A stretch of DNA of 32,000 nucleotides from an uncultured Candidatus Saccharibacteria bacterium (GTDB lineage Bacteria > Patescibacteriota > UBA1384 > XYA2-FULL-43-10 > 1-14-0-10-43-13), in assembly GCA_964543385.1 (NCBI GenBank), contig CAZIYE010000001.1, positions 570,001 through 602,000 on the forward strand, in the 5' to 3' direction. The translations under genes and the position numbers were made by a program. Each line of letters begins with the position of its first letter. The stretch's first letter is position 1. The notes below the pieces were generated by a model. The model did no database searches. It was not told where the DNA came from and saw only the letters and a list, made by a program, of their open reading frames with translations. This document shows positions 13,935-22,788 of this stretch, one piece after another.

Positions 13935-15203
13935 ATGTCACAGTCAATAATAGAAAAAGCTAAAGTGATGGGCATCACAATTCCTTCTGCAACATCAGAA
14001 GATATTAATGAACAGATAAAGCCTGTTTTGCGAAAAATGGAGCTAGCAGGTATTAGAATCGATACAGCGGTTTTCAAAAGTTTAGAGGATACTTTGAGCG
14101 AAAGAGTAGAGGAGCTAGAGCTTGAGATTATTAAATTAGCTGGAGTTGAGTTTAATATCGGTTCCCCCATTCAGATGGCAGAAGTATTATTTGAGAAATT
14201 GAATCTTCCAACCGATGATCTCAAAAAAACAAAGACGGGCATCTCTACTGCAGCTAGTGAGCTCAAAAAGATTCAGGATAATCATCCGATAGTTTCTTTA
14301 ATTATTGAGCAAAGAGAGCTTTCTAAGCTAATTTCGACTTATCTAAAACCAATGCCAATCTTAGTCGATGAAAACTCGAGACTCCACACTACTTATGGTC
14401 TTGAAACATCCACTGGCAGAATTAATTCATCTGAGCCGAACTTACAGAATATTCCAATAAGGGGCAAATATGGTATGGAGATTAGAAAAGCCTTTATCGC
14501 TTCTCCTGGAGCTAAACTAATTTCTGCTGACTATTCCCAGATAGAGCTAAGGATAGTTGCATGTCTAGCTGATGACAAAAATATGATCGCATCTTTCCAG
14601 AATGGAGAAGATATTCATAGCAGGACAGCCTCTGAAATATTTGAAGTTCCTTTGCCCAAGATCACAAAGGATCAAAGACGGGTAGCTAAAGCTGTCAATT
14701 TTGGTATAGTCTATGGTCAAACACCTTTTGGTCTCTCTCAGGCTTTAGGTATAGAGACCTCGAAGGCTGCTGAATACATTATGCACTACTTCGACATACA
14801 TAAAGGTATTAAGGATTATATTAATAAAATGATTCAGCAGGCTCATAAGGAGGGTTATGTAGAAACTCTCTTCGGTATGAGAAGATATCTGCCGAATATC
14901 AACTCGAGAATCAGATATATTGCAGAGGGTGAAGAAAGAATGGCAATAAACACTCCTGTTCAGGGGACAGCATCCGAGATCATCAAATTAGCAATGATCA
15001 AGCTAGATAGCGAGTTGTCTTCAAAATATCCAGAGGCTAAAATGCTTTTAACAGTTCATGATGAACTAGTGGTGGAAGTTCCAGAAAAAGATGTAAAAAA
15101 GGTTGCGAGTGTGGTTAAAGAACTTATGGAAGGTGTAATCAAGCTTTGCATTCCATTAGAAGCAAGCGTGGGTATCGGTAATAATTGGGCTGCAACAAAG
15201 TAA
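13935..15203 (+). CDS. polA: DNA polymerase I, polymerase domain only (no 3'-5' exonuclease or vestigial domain)
   Basis: 422 aa, beginning about 25 residues before the thumb segment (PVLRKMELAGIRID...FNIGSPIQMAEVLFEKLNLP). Motif A is ISADYSQIELRIVA, motif B is RRVAKAVNFGIVYG, motif C is LLTVHDELVVEV. It starts 14 nt after the 5'-nuclease stop, in a different frame. Confidence 0.9.
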   Translation: MSQSIIEKAKVMGITIPSATSEDINEQIKPVLRKMELAGIRIDTAVFKSLEDTLSERVEELELEIIKLAGVEFNIGSPIQMAEVLFEKLNLPTDDLKKTKTGISTAASELKKIQDNHPIVSLIIEQRELSKLISTYLKPMPILVDENSRLHTTYGLETSTGRINSSEPNLQNIPIRGKYGMEIRKAFIASPGAKLISADYSQIELRIVACLADDKNMIASFQNGEDIHSRTASEIFEVPLPKITKDQRRVAKAVNFGIVYGQTPFGLSQALGIETSKAAEYIMHYFDIHKGIKDYINKMIQQAHKEGYVETLFGMRRYLPNINSRIRYIAEGEERMAINTPVQGTASEIIKLAMIKLDSELSSKYPEAKMLLTVHDELVVEVPEKDVKKVASVVKELMEGVIKLCIPLEASVGIGNNWAATK

Positions 15204-15251
15204 AATTTTTATTTTTTGTATTTTAAAACTTTCAGGTTGATAACTTAATCG

Positions 15252-16205
15252 ATGATTTATTTTATTTACGGTGAAGATAACTTTCGGTCGTCTCTTGCTC
15301 TCAAAAAAATTGAGACAGATTTTGTTAAAGAACATGGCGATCTTAACATCGAGAAACTTGACGGGGACAATCTGAGAGCAGATGTCCTGGAGGCGAAGGT
15401 CTCAGCATTGCCGTTTCTAGGGGATAAAAGATTAATAATAATAAATAATTTTCTGACAGCCGGAAAAAAAGAAGAAAAAGAACGGATTGTACAAGTTATA
15501 AAATCAATCCCGGAGACATCTGATTTAGTCTTCTTTGAGAATATCTTGCCAGATCGAAGAGAGAGCATCTTTAAAGTTCTTGATAAATTACCCTTCAAAC
15601 AATTTTTTCCACAGTTAGATGATTTTGGCCTAAAACAGTGGATAGTAGAGAGAATTAGTCAGCAAAATTTTGGAATATCTAGCTCGGCCTGCGCTCGCCT
15701 CATAGCTTATGTTGGTTCCGATCTTTTCCGGCTTCAAAATGAGATCGCCAGACTCATTGATTTTGTAAGATCAGATAACAGAAGCCAAATAGAGGATCAA
15801 GATGTAAATAATCTCATAGAACCCAACAATAACTATAAGATTTTTGATCTTACCGATGCGATTGCACAAAAAAATATTAATAAAGCAATCATGGTTCTGC
15901 ATGCATTCAAAAAATCAGGGGAGGACGATTATCGTATTTTTAACCTTATCGTCCACCAAATACGGACAATGCTTGTTATTAATGATTTTTCAAAAAAAAT
16001 GACTGGAGATCAAATGGCGAAAGAAGCGGGTATCCATCCATTTGTTGTGAAAAAAACGATGGCAAACTTAAGAAATTTCCCTAAAAGTGAATTAATTAAG
16101 ATGTATTCTAGGTTAGAAGAGATTGATTGGAAGTCGAAAAATGGTATTGCGGATATTGCCATAATGACAGAGCTGCTTATAGTAGATTTCTGCAGAAAGT
16201 GCTAA
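15252..16205 (+). CDS. holA: DNA polymerase III delta subunit
   Basis: 317 aa. The N-terminus MIYFIYGEDNFRSSLALKKIETDF... and the overall length and pattern (LFRLQNEIARL, IFDLTDAIAQKN) fit HolA. It is adjacent to polA. Confidence 0.7.
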   Translation: MIYFIYGEDNFRSSLALKKIETDFVKEHGDLNIEKLDGDNLRADVLEAKVSALPFLGDKRLIIINNFLTAGKKEEKERIVQVIKSIPETSDLVFFENILPDRRESIFKVLDKLPFKQFFPQLDDFGLKQWIVERISQQNFGISSSACARLIAYVGSDLFRLQNEIARLIDFVRSDNRSQIEDQDVNNLIEPNNNYKIFDLTDAIAQKNINKAIMVLHAFKKSGEDDYRIFNLIVHQIRTMLVINDFSKKMTGDQMAKEAGIHPFVVKKTMANLRNFPKSELIKMYSRLEEIDWKSKNGIADIAIMTELLIVDFCRKC

Positions 16206-16240
16206 AATAATTAGTAAGTAGAAGACTAGGGAGGGAGATC

Positions 16241-17722
16241 TTGGCCCAGCAGAAAAATAACATGAGCGTAGTTTCTTTTGGGTTTTATTGGAAAAAACTC
16301 CTGTTTTTTGGATGTTTTTTTCTGATGGCAATTTGGGGAATAGATTCTATAAGTAGTATCAAAGCTGACAGTGGCGATTTTGACTATGCAGTATATTCTG
16401 AAAATCCTGCTTCTAATATTCAAATAAAGCCAAACGGCAAGGTAGTTGTAGGAGAAAATAAGACCTCTATTAAGCTCTCTATAATGGAGGATTTTGATGA
16501 ACTCAGAACACCGGTCTTGGACAAGCCAGGCATTTACATGGATGAATTTGTGGTTAATCTAAGCTTGCCTGAAGATGTTGCCAACAAGGTTAGTTTCGAA
16601 GTCCTTGGAATCCACGGCGTTGATAGCACGGAGTCATACATCTCTGATTCTAAAACCATCGTATATAAAGCCTATGGTGTTGGCCCTTCAGCGACAATCT
16701 CAATAATAGCGAAACTCCCAAAAGGAGTGGTCGGCTACAGCTTGATGGATAATGCCTTATTCGCCCTAAGACAGTTGGGGCCGAAACAATGGATAATACT
16801 TAGTATACTTGTACCTCTAATGGCTATTGTTATAATGATTTGGGTTATAGCGAAGCAGTTAGCTTCGGATAAAGTTGAGATTCCTGATAAGGAGATAGAT
16901 TGTCCTCCAATGGCGTTACCACCGGCAATAGTCGGGGCGCTATACCATCAGAAGGTTACTTCTAGAGAGATAGCAGCCACCCTCATTGATCTGGCCATAA
17001 GGGGAAATATCTATATCATGGATAGGGAAAGAGATTTCGCCTTTGCTAAAAACAATTTTGATAAGCGTTTAATATCCTACGAGAAGATACTTCTGTCGAA
17101 GATTTTCAGTGAGCATGTATTCTCAAACAAAGAGGATATTGAAAAGAGAATCAATGATCATCTGTACAGCAAAAAGATATCCTTATTTACTTCGGGTGTT
17201 TATAACTTATCTACCAGATTAGGCTATTTCAAAACGAACCCCCAGAATATTCATTCCAAATATAGACTTGTTTGTCTTCTTATCTTATTTGTTTCTTTGG
17301 GTGGATTTCTTGTGAGCTTCGGTTTTACCGATTATCCTTATCTTTCATTTATATGGATTGGATTGATGATAACCGCTCTTGTTATTGCTTCACTAGCTCA
17401 GAAGATCCCTATGAGGGCTCCAATGGGCCGTGAAGCTTTGAGCAATTGGCTAGCATTTAGAAAATTTCTCACTTCTAAAGACAGAATTCCTTTCTCATTA
17501 AACAATGTTGAAAGTTTTGAGAAATATCTACCTTATGCTATGGTGCTTGATTGCGAAGTTGCCTGGGCTAAGAGATTTTCGGAGGAAAGCTTTGCAATTC
17601 CTAGGTGGTTTATCTCTAGTAAAGATGGTTTTAGCTTACAGGACTTTTGTCTCTCGTTGTTTCCGATAGTTTCGTATATTTCAAGGAGTTTAGCTTCGGT
17701 AAGAGAACCTGGTTTTGAATAA
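16241..17722 (+). CDS. DUF2207-like integral membrane protein
   Basis: 493 aa. TTG start 6 nt after GGAGG (16230-16234). N-terminal signal/anchor, an extracytoplasmic domain, then TM helices flanking the characteristic PPMALPPAIVGALYHQKVTSREIAATLIDLAIRGNIYI segment. Confidence 0.6.
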   Translation: MAQQKNNMSVVSFGFYWKKLLFFGCFFLMAIWGIDSISSIKADSGDFDYAVYSENPASNIQIKPNGKVVVGENKTSIKLSIMEDFDELRTPVLDKPGIYMDEFVVNLSLPEDVANKVSFEVLGIHGVDSTESYISDSKTIVYKAYGVGPSATISIIAKLPKGVVGYSLMDNALFALRQLGPKQWIILSILVPLMAIVIMIWVIAKQLASDKVEIPDKEIDCPPMALPPAIVGALYHQKVTSREIAATLIDLAIRGNIYIMDRERDFAFAKNNFDKRLISYEKILLSKIFSEHVFSNKEDIEKRINDHLYSKKISLFTSGVYNLSTRLGYFKTNPQNIHSKYRLVCLLILFVSLGGFLVSFGFTDYPYLSFIWIGLMITALVIASLAQKIPMRAPMGREALSNWLAFRKFLTSKDRIPFSLNNVESFEKYLPYAMVLDCEVAWAKRFSEESFAIPRWFISSKDGFSLQDFCLSLFPIVSYISRSLASVREPGFE

Positions 17723-17734
17723 TAATCTTTCAAT

Positions 17735-18283
17735 ATGGGAAACGATAGTTTTTTAGCTAAAATTTTATATGGCAGTGTCGCAATTTTTGATCTGGCAAAA
17801 TGGCTAATTTTGGTTTTGATAATTTTAAGTTTGATCAATGCTTTTTTTGTGGGTGTGTTTGTCGTTGACGGCGAATCCATGCATCCGAGTTTTAAAGATA
17901 AGGAGCTTGTTTTTTGGAATAAAGGCATATATAAAGACAGTAAACCTGAGAGAGGAGACATAGTTGTCGTCCAATACCCAGGCGATCCTAAACATAAGGT
18001 TTATGTTAAGAGAGTTGTTGGTCTGCCTGGCGAACGCGTAGAGATAAAGAGTGGCAAAATCTACATAAACAACAAGCTCTATCGGGAGAAATACTTAAAT
18101 CAAAGCTTGTTAACCGAACCAAGTGGTGTGTGGATATCAAAAAGTAATGAGTATTTTGTAATGGGTGATAACAGGCCAAACTCAAACGATTCAAGATTTT
18201 TCGGATCTATAGAAAAACGTTTTGTTTTAGGAAAAGCTCTCGGTGTGATATTCCCGAGGTTCCGTGTCGTAGACGATATCTAA
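17735..18283 (+). CDS. lepB: Signal peptidase I
   Basis: 182 aa. N-terminal TM anchor, catalytic Ser box GESMHPSF, Lys box YVKRVVGLPGERVEI, and box E GDNRPNSNDSRFFG. Confidence 0.88.
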   Translation: MGNDSFLAKILYGSVAIFDLAKWLILVLIILSLINAFFVGVFVVDGESMHPSFKDKELVFWNKGIYKDSKPERGDIVVVQYPGDPKHKVYVKRVVGLPGERVEIKSGKIYINNKLYREKYLNQSLLTEPSGVWISKSNEYFVMGDNRPNSNDSRFFGSIEKRFVLGKALGVIFPRFRVVDDI

Positions 18284-18285
18284 AA

Positions 18286-18729
18286 CTAATTGCTGGTGAC
18301 TGTAAAATCAATAGTTTTATTAAGAGAGGTCATTTTTATTTTATATTTGCCAGGCTTTATTGGAGACCCGGAGCTATCCTTCATTGACCATTGCCAATCT
18401 TCTTTCTCTCCAGGTTTCAGATTAACGATGGTTTTATCAGCGGAATCTGCTTTATAGATTTGTTTGTTATTTGCATCGACTACGGTCCACGGGCCTATAT
18501 CATTCCTTATCTTTAAGGTACATTTGCTATATTTATCATTCTTAATACCTATAGTGACCAACTGATTAGGAAAGTAGCTCTTTCTATCTGTAAAGGCATA
18601 AAATTTGCAATCCTTGCTTTCGACGTCAGCTGAAATAGATCCTGCCTTTCCAACATAAAAAACTATGCCTCCTACTATTGCCAAGATAGCAATACTAGAA
18701 AGTATTATCGTGTTTCTCAATGAGTTCAT
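18286..18729 (-). CDS. Membrane-anchored or secreted hypothetical protein (beta-rich ectodomain)
   Basis: 147 aa. N-terminal hydrophobic anchor IILSSIAILAIVGGIVFYV, then a beta-strand-like sequence (PGEKEDWQWSMKDSSGSPIKPGKYKIKMTS). No family recognised. It is convergent with lepB, with only a 2-bp gap. Confidence 0.55.
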   Translation of the reverse strand: MNSLRNTIILSSIAILAIVGGIVFYVGKAGSISADVESKDCKFYAFTDRKSYFPNQLVTIGIKNDKYSKCTLKIRNDIGPWTVVDANNKQIYKADSADKTIVNLKPGEKEDWQWSMKDSSGSPIKPGKYKIKMTSLNKTIDFTVTSN

Positions 18730-18764
18730 TACCGCTCCTATTTAATAGCTATATTACAAATTTA

Positions 18765-18785
18765 ACATCTTCCAGTGGAAGATGT
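18765..18785 (-). terminator. Hairpin terminator downstream of rpsT
   Basis: ACATCTTCC (18765-18773) and GGAAGATGT (18777-18785) are exact complements around a 3-nt loop. On the minus strand the hairpin is followed by TAAATTTGTAATAT. Confidence 0.45.
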
Positions 18786-18815
18786 CAAAATTTGCTATTA
18801 GATCAAATATATCTA

Positions 18816-19076
18816 CTATTTTTTAGGAGATGTAGCTTTTGCTAGTTGAGACTTAAGTCTAGCAGCTTTATTTTTGTGAATAACATGTTTTTTCGCAGCG
18901 AGGTCGAGCTGTTTGTAGGCATTGCTCAAAAGTTCGGTGACATTCTTTTCACCTTTAACTGTAGCAACTTTTAGTCCTTTAACGGCATTCTTTACCTTGG
19001 CTCTGGTATCGTCGTTTTCTAATTTTCTTCTGGCTTCAACTTTTAAAGCTTTTTTTGCTGATTTGATAATTGGCAT
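18816..19076 (-). CDS. rpsT: 30S ribosomal protein S20
   Basis: 86 aa. MPIIKSAKKALKVEARRKLENDDTRAKVKNAVK... is the typical bS20 N-terminus with basic helical composition. Confidence 0.9.
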   Translation of the reverse strand: MPIIKSAKKALKVEARRKLENDDTRAKVKNAVKGLKVATVKGEKNVTELLSNAYKQLDLAAKKHVIHKNKAARLKSQLAKATSPKK

Positions 19077-19112
19077 GTTTATCTCTTTATTCTTATTTAC
19101 AAACTAAGTGCT

Positions 19113-19141
19113 ATTTTATCAGAAAGATGACAAATTGTAAA
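19113..19141 (-). promoter_or_regulatory. Candidate promoter for rpsT
   Basis: On the minus strand: TTTACA (complement of 19136-19141), 17 nt, TAAAAT (complement of 19113-19118). Confidence 0.35.
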
Positions 19142-19179
19142 GAATATAATATAAAGCTATATTGGATCTTTTAGTAATC

Positions 19180-20142
19180 TTATTTAGCGGCTACTTTAGG
19201 GTCGGTGGAAATATTCTTCTTTAGTAAATTGTCGTAGATTTCTTTTATACCGTCTTCTAGATCAACAGTTGGCTGGTAGCCCAGTTCTGTTGTTATCTTC
19301 GTTAGATCAGCCCTTTGATCGCCAATATAACCCTCTTTGACGGGATTCTCGACAAATATTGGTTCGAGGTTTTTCTCTGTCACTTTATTAATCTTTTCAA
19401 CAAGCTCTATCAGATTTATGGAGTGGTTTGTGCCAATATTAAAAATAGTAAAACCAAATTTCTTTTCAACATTCATTGCCCGTTCGATTCCTTGGACAAC
19501 ATCTTTGACATTGGTGAAGTCCCTTCTTTGTGTTCCGTCACCATAAAGAGTCGGGCGTTCACCCTTCTCCGTCATCCAAATGAATTGCGAAACAAGGTTG
19601 GCGAAATTTCCCTTATGATCCTCATGTAATCCATAAATACTCATAAAACGAAATGCAATAATCTCAAGTCCATAGCGTTTGCTGAATGCTCTTGATGTTT
19701 CCTCTTGCGCATGTTTAGTAACAGCATAAAAATTTGGCGGAGTGACTTCCTGATCCTCAGTTAGGGGAGTAGGATTATTGCCATAAATAGAACTAGTTGA
19801 GGCGAATAGTACTTTTTTAGCATTAATATCTCTAGCAAATTCCAAAACATTTAGGTGGCCAATAATGTTATTTTCAAATGATCCCTTTAGATCAGTTTCA
19901 AACATTGGAGCTGAAGAAGCTCCTGCCAAGTGTACTATGTAATCAAAGTCTGTTCCGGCTTTTTCTAAGTCTGATCTGTCCAAAACACTACCTTTTACAA
20001 ACTTTACCTCTTTAGATAGGTTATCTTCTCTTCCGAGAAAGAGATTATCCAATACTGTCACATTGTGGCCTTTTTGAGCCATTATGTTTGAAAAATTTGA
20101 ACCTATAAACCCTGCACCACCTGCAACTAAAATTTTTGCCAT
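19180..20142 (-). CDS. NAD-dependent epimerase/dehydratase (extended SDR, UDP-glucose 4-epimerase-like)
   Basis: 320 aa. Rossmann motif VAGGAGFIGSNF, catalytic STSSIYG ... YAVTKHAQE (S...YxxxK). Last gene of the nucleotide-sugar operon. Confidence 0.85.
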   Translation of the reverse strand: MAKILVAGGAGFIGSNFSNIMAQKGHNVTVLDNLFLGREDNLSKEVKFVKGSVLDRSDLEKAGTDFDYIVHLAGASSAPMFETDLKGSFENNIIGHLNVLEFARDINAKKVLFASTSSIYGNNPTPLTEDQEVTPPNFYAVTKHAQEETSRAFSKRYGLEIIAFRFMSIYGLHEDHKGNFANLVSQFIWMTEKGERPTLYGDGTQRRDFTNVKDVVQGIERAMNVEKKFGFTIFNIGTNHSINLIELVEKINKVTEKNLEPIFVENPVKEGYIGDQRADLTKITTELGYQPTVDLEDGIKEIYDNLLKKNISTDPKVAAK

Positions 20143-20156
20143 ATTAACCTTAAATA

Positions 20157-22715
20157 TTAAACTAATTCTTTATAGACATTATAATTTATAGCGATCGTTT
20201 TCAATCTTTGCAACCCTTGGCTTGTCAGATCGTCAATTGAATGAATGCCAAAAAGTTGTAAAACATCATAAAGATTATATTTAGGTAGTTCGCTCAATGC
20301 CTCTGTAAGATTAGTAGTTTCTTCTTTAGACAACTTCTCGGCGTCAATATAAACCTTGCTTTTTAGGGGGTCGGTTCCTGATGGTCGAAAATCCAATTCG
20401 ATGATAGCAGGGCCTAAATTGTTCTCATCTCCGAAGATCAAAGGAGTCCCTTCTGGTCTTGTTCTCCCCCCAGAGAGGGGCTCCTCATTCAAAGTCGTAA
20501 ATCTGATTCTAGACCATAATGATCTGTAATTTGGTAAAGCCATAGATAGAATATCTTTTACTTTGTCTAATCCGATATGCCCATCACGAACAGCTTTACT
20601 AATTGAAAAGAAAAAATTATTAAAGTTAGTCTTTAGATCGCTGCATTCTGCAAAAGCCTCATGTTGCTTCTTGAACGGAAGTTGAGCAATATAACCCTGA
20701 TCTCCATGCAAAATGTCAATTCTAATATCAATTTTTGACTTCAAGTCGTATTTCTTAAAACCTTGATCAATAAGATTCAAGTAAGAGTAATCTCCTAAAA
20801 AGTTATTTTCCTTTAGATATAATTCAGAGGAACGTGTAAGCTCTGAGAAAAGGGAATCCGCTGCACTTTTCTCTGGCATTGCCAATGTGTTTTTACCGAA
20901 GATGTTATAGCAATCATGGTTTAGACCAGCGACTCTACCGCCGCTTTCCTCGCTCTTAGCGTGTATCCTTATTGATTTATCCTTGTTTAAGATTATCTTA
21001 TGACCAAGCTGATCAGTAAATTCACATTCATTGTCTGAATTCTTATTGAAATACCAATTTTCGATCACTTGTTGCATTTCAGACAGGTTCTTAAAGCCGA
21101 CTCTCTCCATGAAATTTTCGAGACCTACAACTGAGTTAGCAAATTCTGCCCATGCTCTTGTCGATACGTAGGTCGTCAAATAAACCGAGTGATATTTGTC
21201 CCATGTACCGTTTTGTTTCATTCTCTCATAATCAGCAATGTCGAGAAGCAAAAACTCCTTATTCGGTGTCGGAGCAACTAGGATCTTGTCATTATCTAAA
21301 ATATAATAATCGATGCCGTATTCGGTAATAAGCCTTCTGTTATTTTCTGTATCGTCAACAACTTGTTTTACTACGAATCTGTCAGAATCTGGGTCACATT
21401 CATAAATTTTTATTCCTGTTTGATACTTTTTTAATAAATCGCTATAAGGGATAGTCTCAGCAATTTTTTTCATTGTTGTATCAACGCCAAGATGATCAAC
21501 ACTGTAGATCTCAGATCCCGGAGAACCACCGGTTTTTATAATAATATAGCCCACATTGAAAAATTGGTCTTCTTCGGGATAAATAAGATCGAAAACATCT
21601 TTATCCACACCAAGTTTTTCCATTAAGGGTTTAAGAGTTCTCCAAGTAGATCCGTTAAGAGGGTTTAAAAGTATTTTATGGCCGTTTTCTGTCGCCTTAT
21701 TAATTAGATTGACATCATCCGGAGTCACATTTAAAGCTATACGATAGAGAGTTGTCATTCTATCGTAGGTAAGAGTTTTTTTGATGTTCTTGTGATTTGC
21801 TGCTGCTATTGTTACCGAATGCCCGCCTTCTGCATATATTTTTTGTTCAATAATTTTACGCAAAATTCGGCGGTAATCTTCATATTTATCGGGCAAAAGT
21901 TGTGCGCCACCAATGCCCAGAGCTTTTCTTCCGCACATATAATTAGAACTGTGGCTTGATGAATAATATGTTGATCCAGCGGCTCCAAGTAAGTGAGTTA
22001 AAAGCGATATTACTGTTATAGTCGAACTATCTGAAAAATCACTTGTTGTAATAACGGTGATTCCTTTTTCGGCAAGAATCCTTGATTCAAACTCGATAAA
22101 TTTGGCTGTATGAGGTCTGACTTCACCGCTGATAATTTTGACTATGTTATCTTTGACAAAGGGTAATATTTTTTCGAGAGACAATCCATAGATATCTTCT
22201 ACAATCTCTATTGTTTCTTTGTCTATTGTCTCTCTTAGCCATTTTGTATGAAGGGTAAAGCCAGGATCATCTTTTTCTATTTGCTCGAGGTTAGTCCTGA
22301 TCTCATCATGAATCTGTACTAAAAACTCGGCCTCAGCTTCAACTAAAAGAGTTAAAAATAAGTCGTTGTACATCATGTTGGGATTTTCGCTGTGCAAAAT
22401 ATCCACAAAAGCTCTTATTCCGGCGGTTGATGCATCCGACTTCTTGTCAAATTCTTTCAAATGTTCGGAAAGATTATACAGATCAGCGAGTTCCGGTGTA
22501 ACATTTACATCAAAAGCCTCTTTCTTATCTAAGTCAAAAATTGGCTTGAAAGATATATCATTAGTAGATTCAGCCCACATTTCGTTGTATTTTTGGATTA
22601 TCGTTTCTCTGAGTCGGAGTTGGTTCTTCTGAATTTCACCCATTTGTCCGCTATTTTGTGCGGCAAATAAGTCCTTTAACTCCTGTTGGGATAGAGGGGT
22701 AACCTTGGCTTCCAT
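20157..22715 (-). CDS. Alpha-D-phosphohexomutase superfamily protein (putative phosphomannomutase/phosphoglucomutase), atypically long at 852 aa
   Basis: All four family motifs are present in canonical order. These are STAGIRAF (~aa 96), the phosphoserine loop SSSHSSNYMCGRK (S254-H255, versus TASHNPxxxNGxK), the metal loop CDPDSDRF (aa 440-447, versus DGDGDR), the sugar loop SEESGG (aa 588-593, versus GEESGG) and the phosphate loop RPSGTDP (aa 777-783, versus RPSGTEP). Confidence 0.75.
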   Translation of the reverse strand: MEAKVTPLSQQELKDLFAAQNSGQMGEIQKNQLRLRETIIQKYNEMWAESTNDISFKPIFDLDKKEAFDVNVTPELADLYNLSEHLKEFDKKSDASTAGIRAFVDILHSENPNMMYNDLFLTLLVEAEAEFLVQIHDEIRTNLEQIEKDDPGFTLHTKWLRETIDKETIEIVEDIYGLSLEKILPFVKDNIVKIISGEVRPHTAKFIEFESRILAEKGITVITTSDFSDSSTITVISLLTHLLGAAGSTYYSSSHSSNYMCGRKALGIGGAQLLPDKYEDYRRILRKIIEQKIYAEGGHSVTIAAANHKNIKKTLTYDRMTTLYRIALNVTPDDVNLINKATENGHKILLNPLNGSTWRTLKPLMEKLGVDKDVFDLIYPEEDQFFNVGYIIIKTGGSPGSEIYSVDHLGVDTTMKKIAETIPYSDLLKKYQTGIKIYECDPDSDRFVVKQVVDDTENNRRLITEYGIDYYILDNDKILVAPTPNKEFLLLDIADYERMKQNGTWDKYHSVYLTTYVSTRAWAEFANSVVGLENFMERVGFKNLSEMQQVIENWYFNKNSDNECEFTDQLGHKIILNKDKSIRIHAKSEESGGRVAGLNHDCYNIFGKNTLAMPEKSAADSLFSELTRSSELYLKENNFLGDYSYLNLIDQGFKKYDLKSKIDIRIDILHGDQGYIAQLPFKKQHEAFAECSDLKTNFNNFFFSISKAVRDGHIGLDKVKDILSMALPNYRSLWSRIRFTTLNEEPLSGGRTRPEGTPLIFGDENNLGPAIIELDFRPSGTDPLKSKVYIDAEKLSKEETTNLTEALSELPKYNLYDVLQLFGIHSIDDLTSQGLQRLKTIAINYNVYKELV

Positions 22716-22788
22716 AATTTCCTATAATTACTTTGATTCTTTTAATTATTAAAATTATATATAAAAGCCTTCAAATAAGCCATCTCTC

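Noticed and set aside
13754-14170. 138-aa minus-strand ORF spanning the Pol I split junction
   Set aside because: It fully overlaps two strongly supported plus-strand genes. It is Ser/Leu/Ile-rich low-complexity sequence typical of antisense shadow frames, with no SD.
12907-15203. Pol I split interpreted as a simple frameshift pseudogene
   Set aside because: The two ORFs are in different frames, but no frame between 13900 and 13960 encodes the missing ~200-aa exonuclease domain. Both ORFs keep all catalytic motifs and clean domain boundaries. An assembly error at the junction still needs read-level checking.
18281-18290. Convergent lepB and the 147-aa gene separated by 2 bp with no terminator
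   Set aside because: Tight convergent packing is common in compact genomes, and nothing else about the junction looked special.
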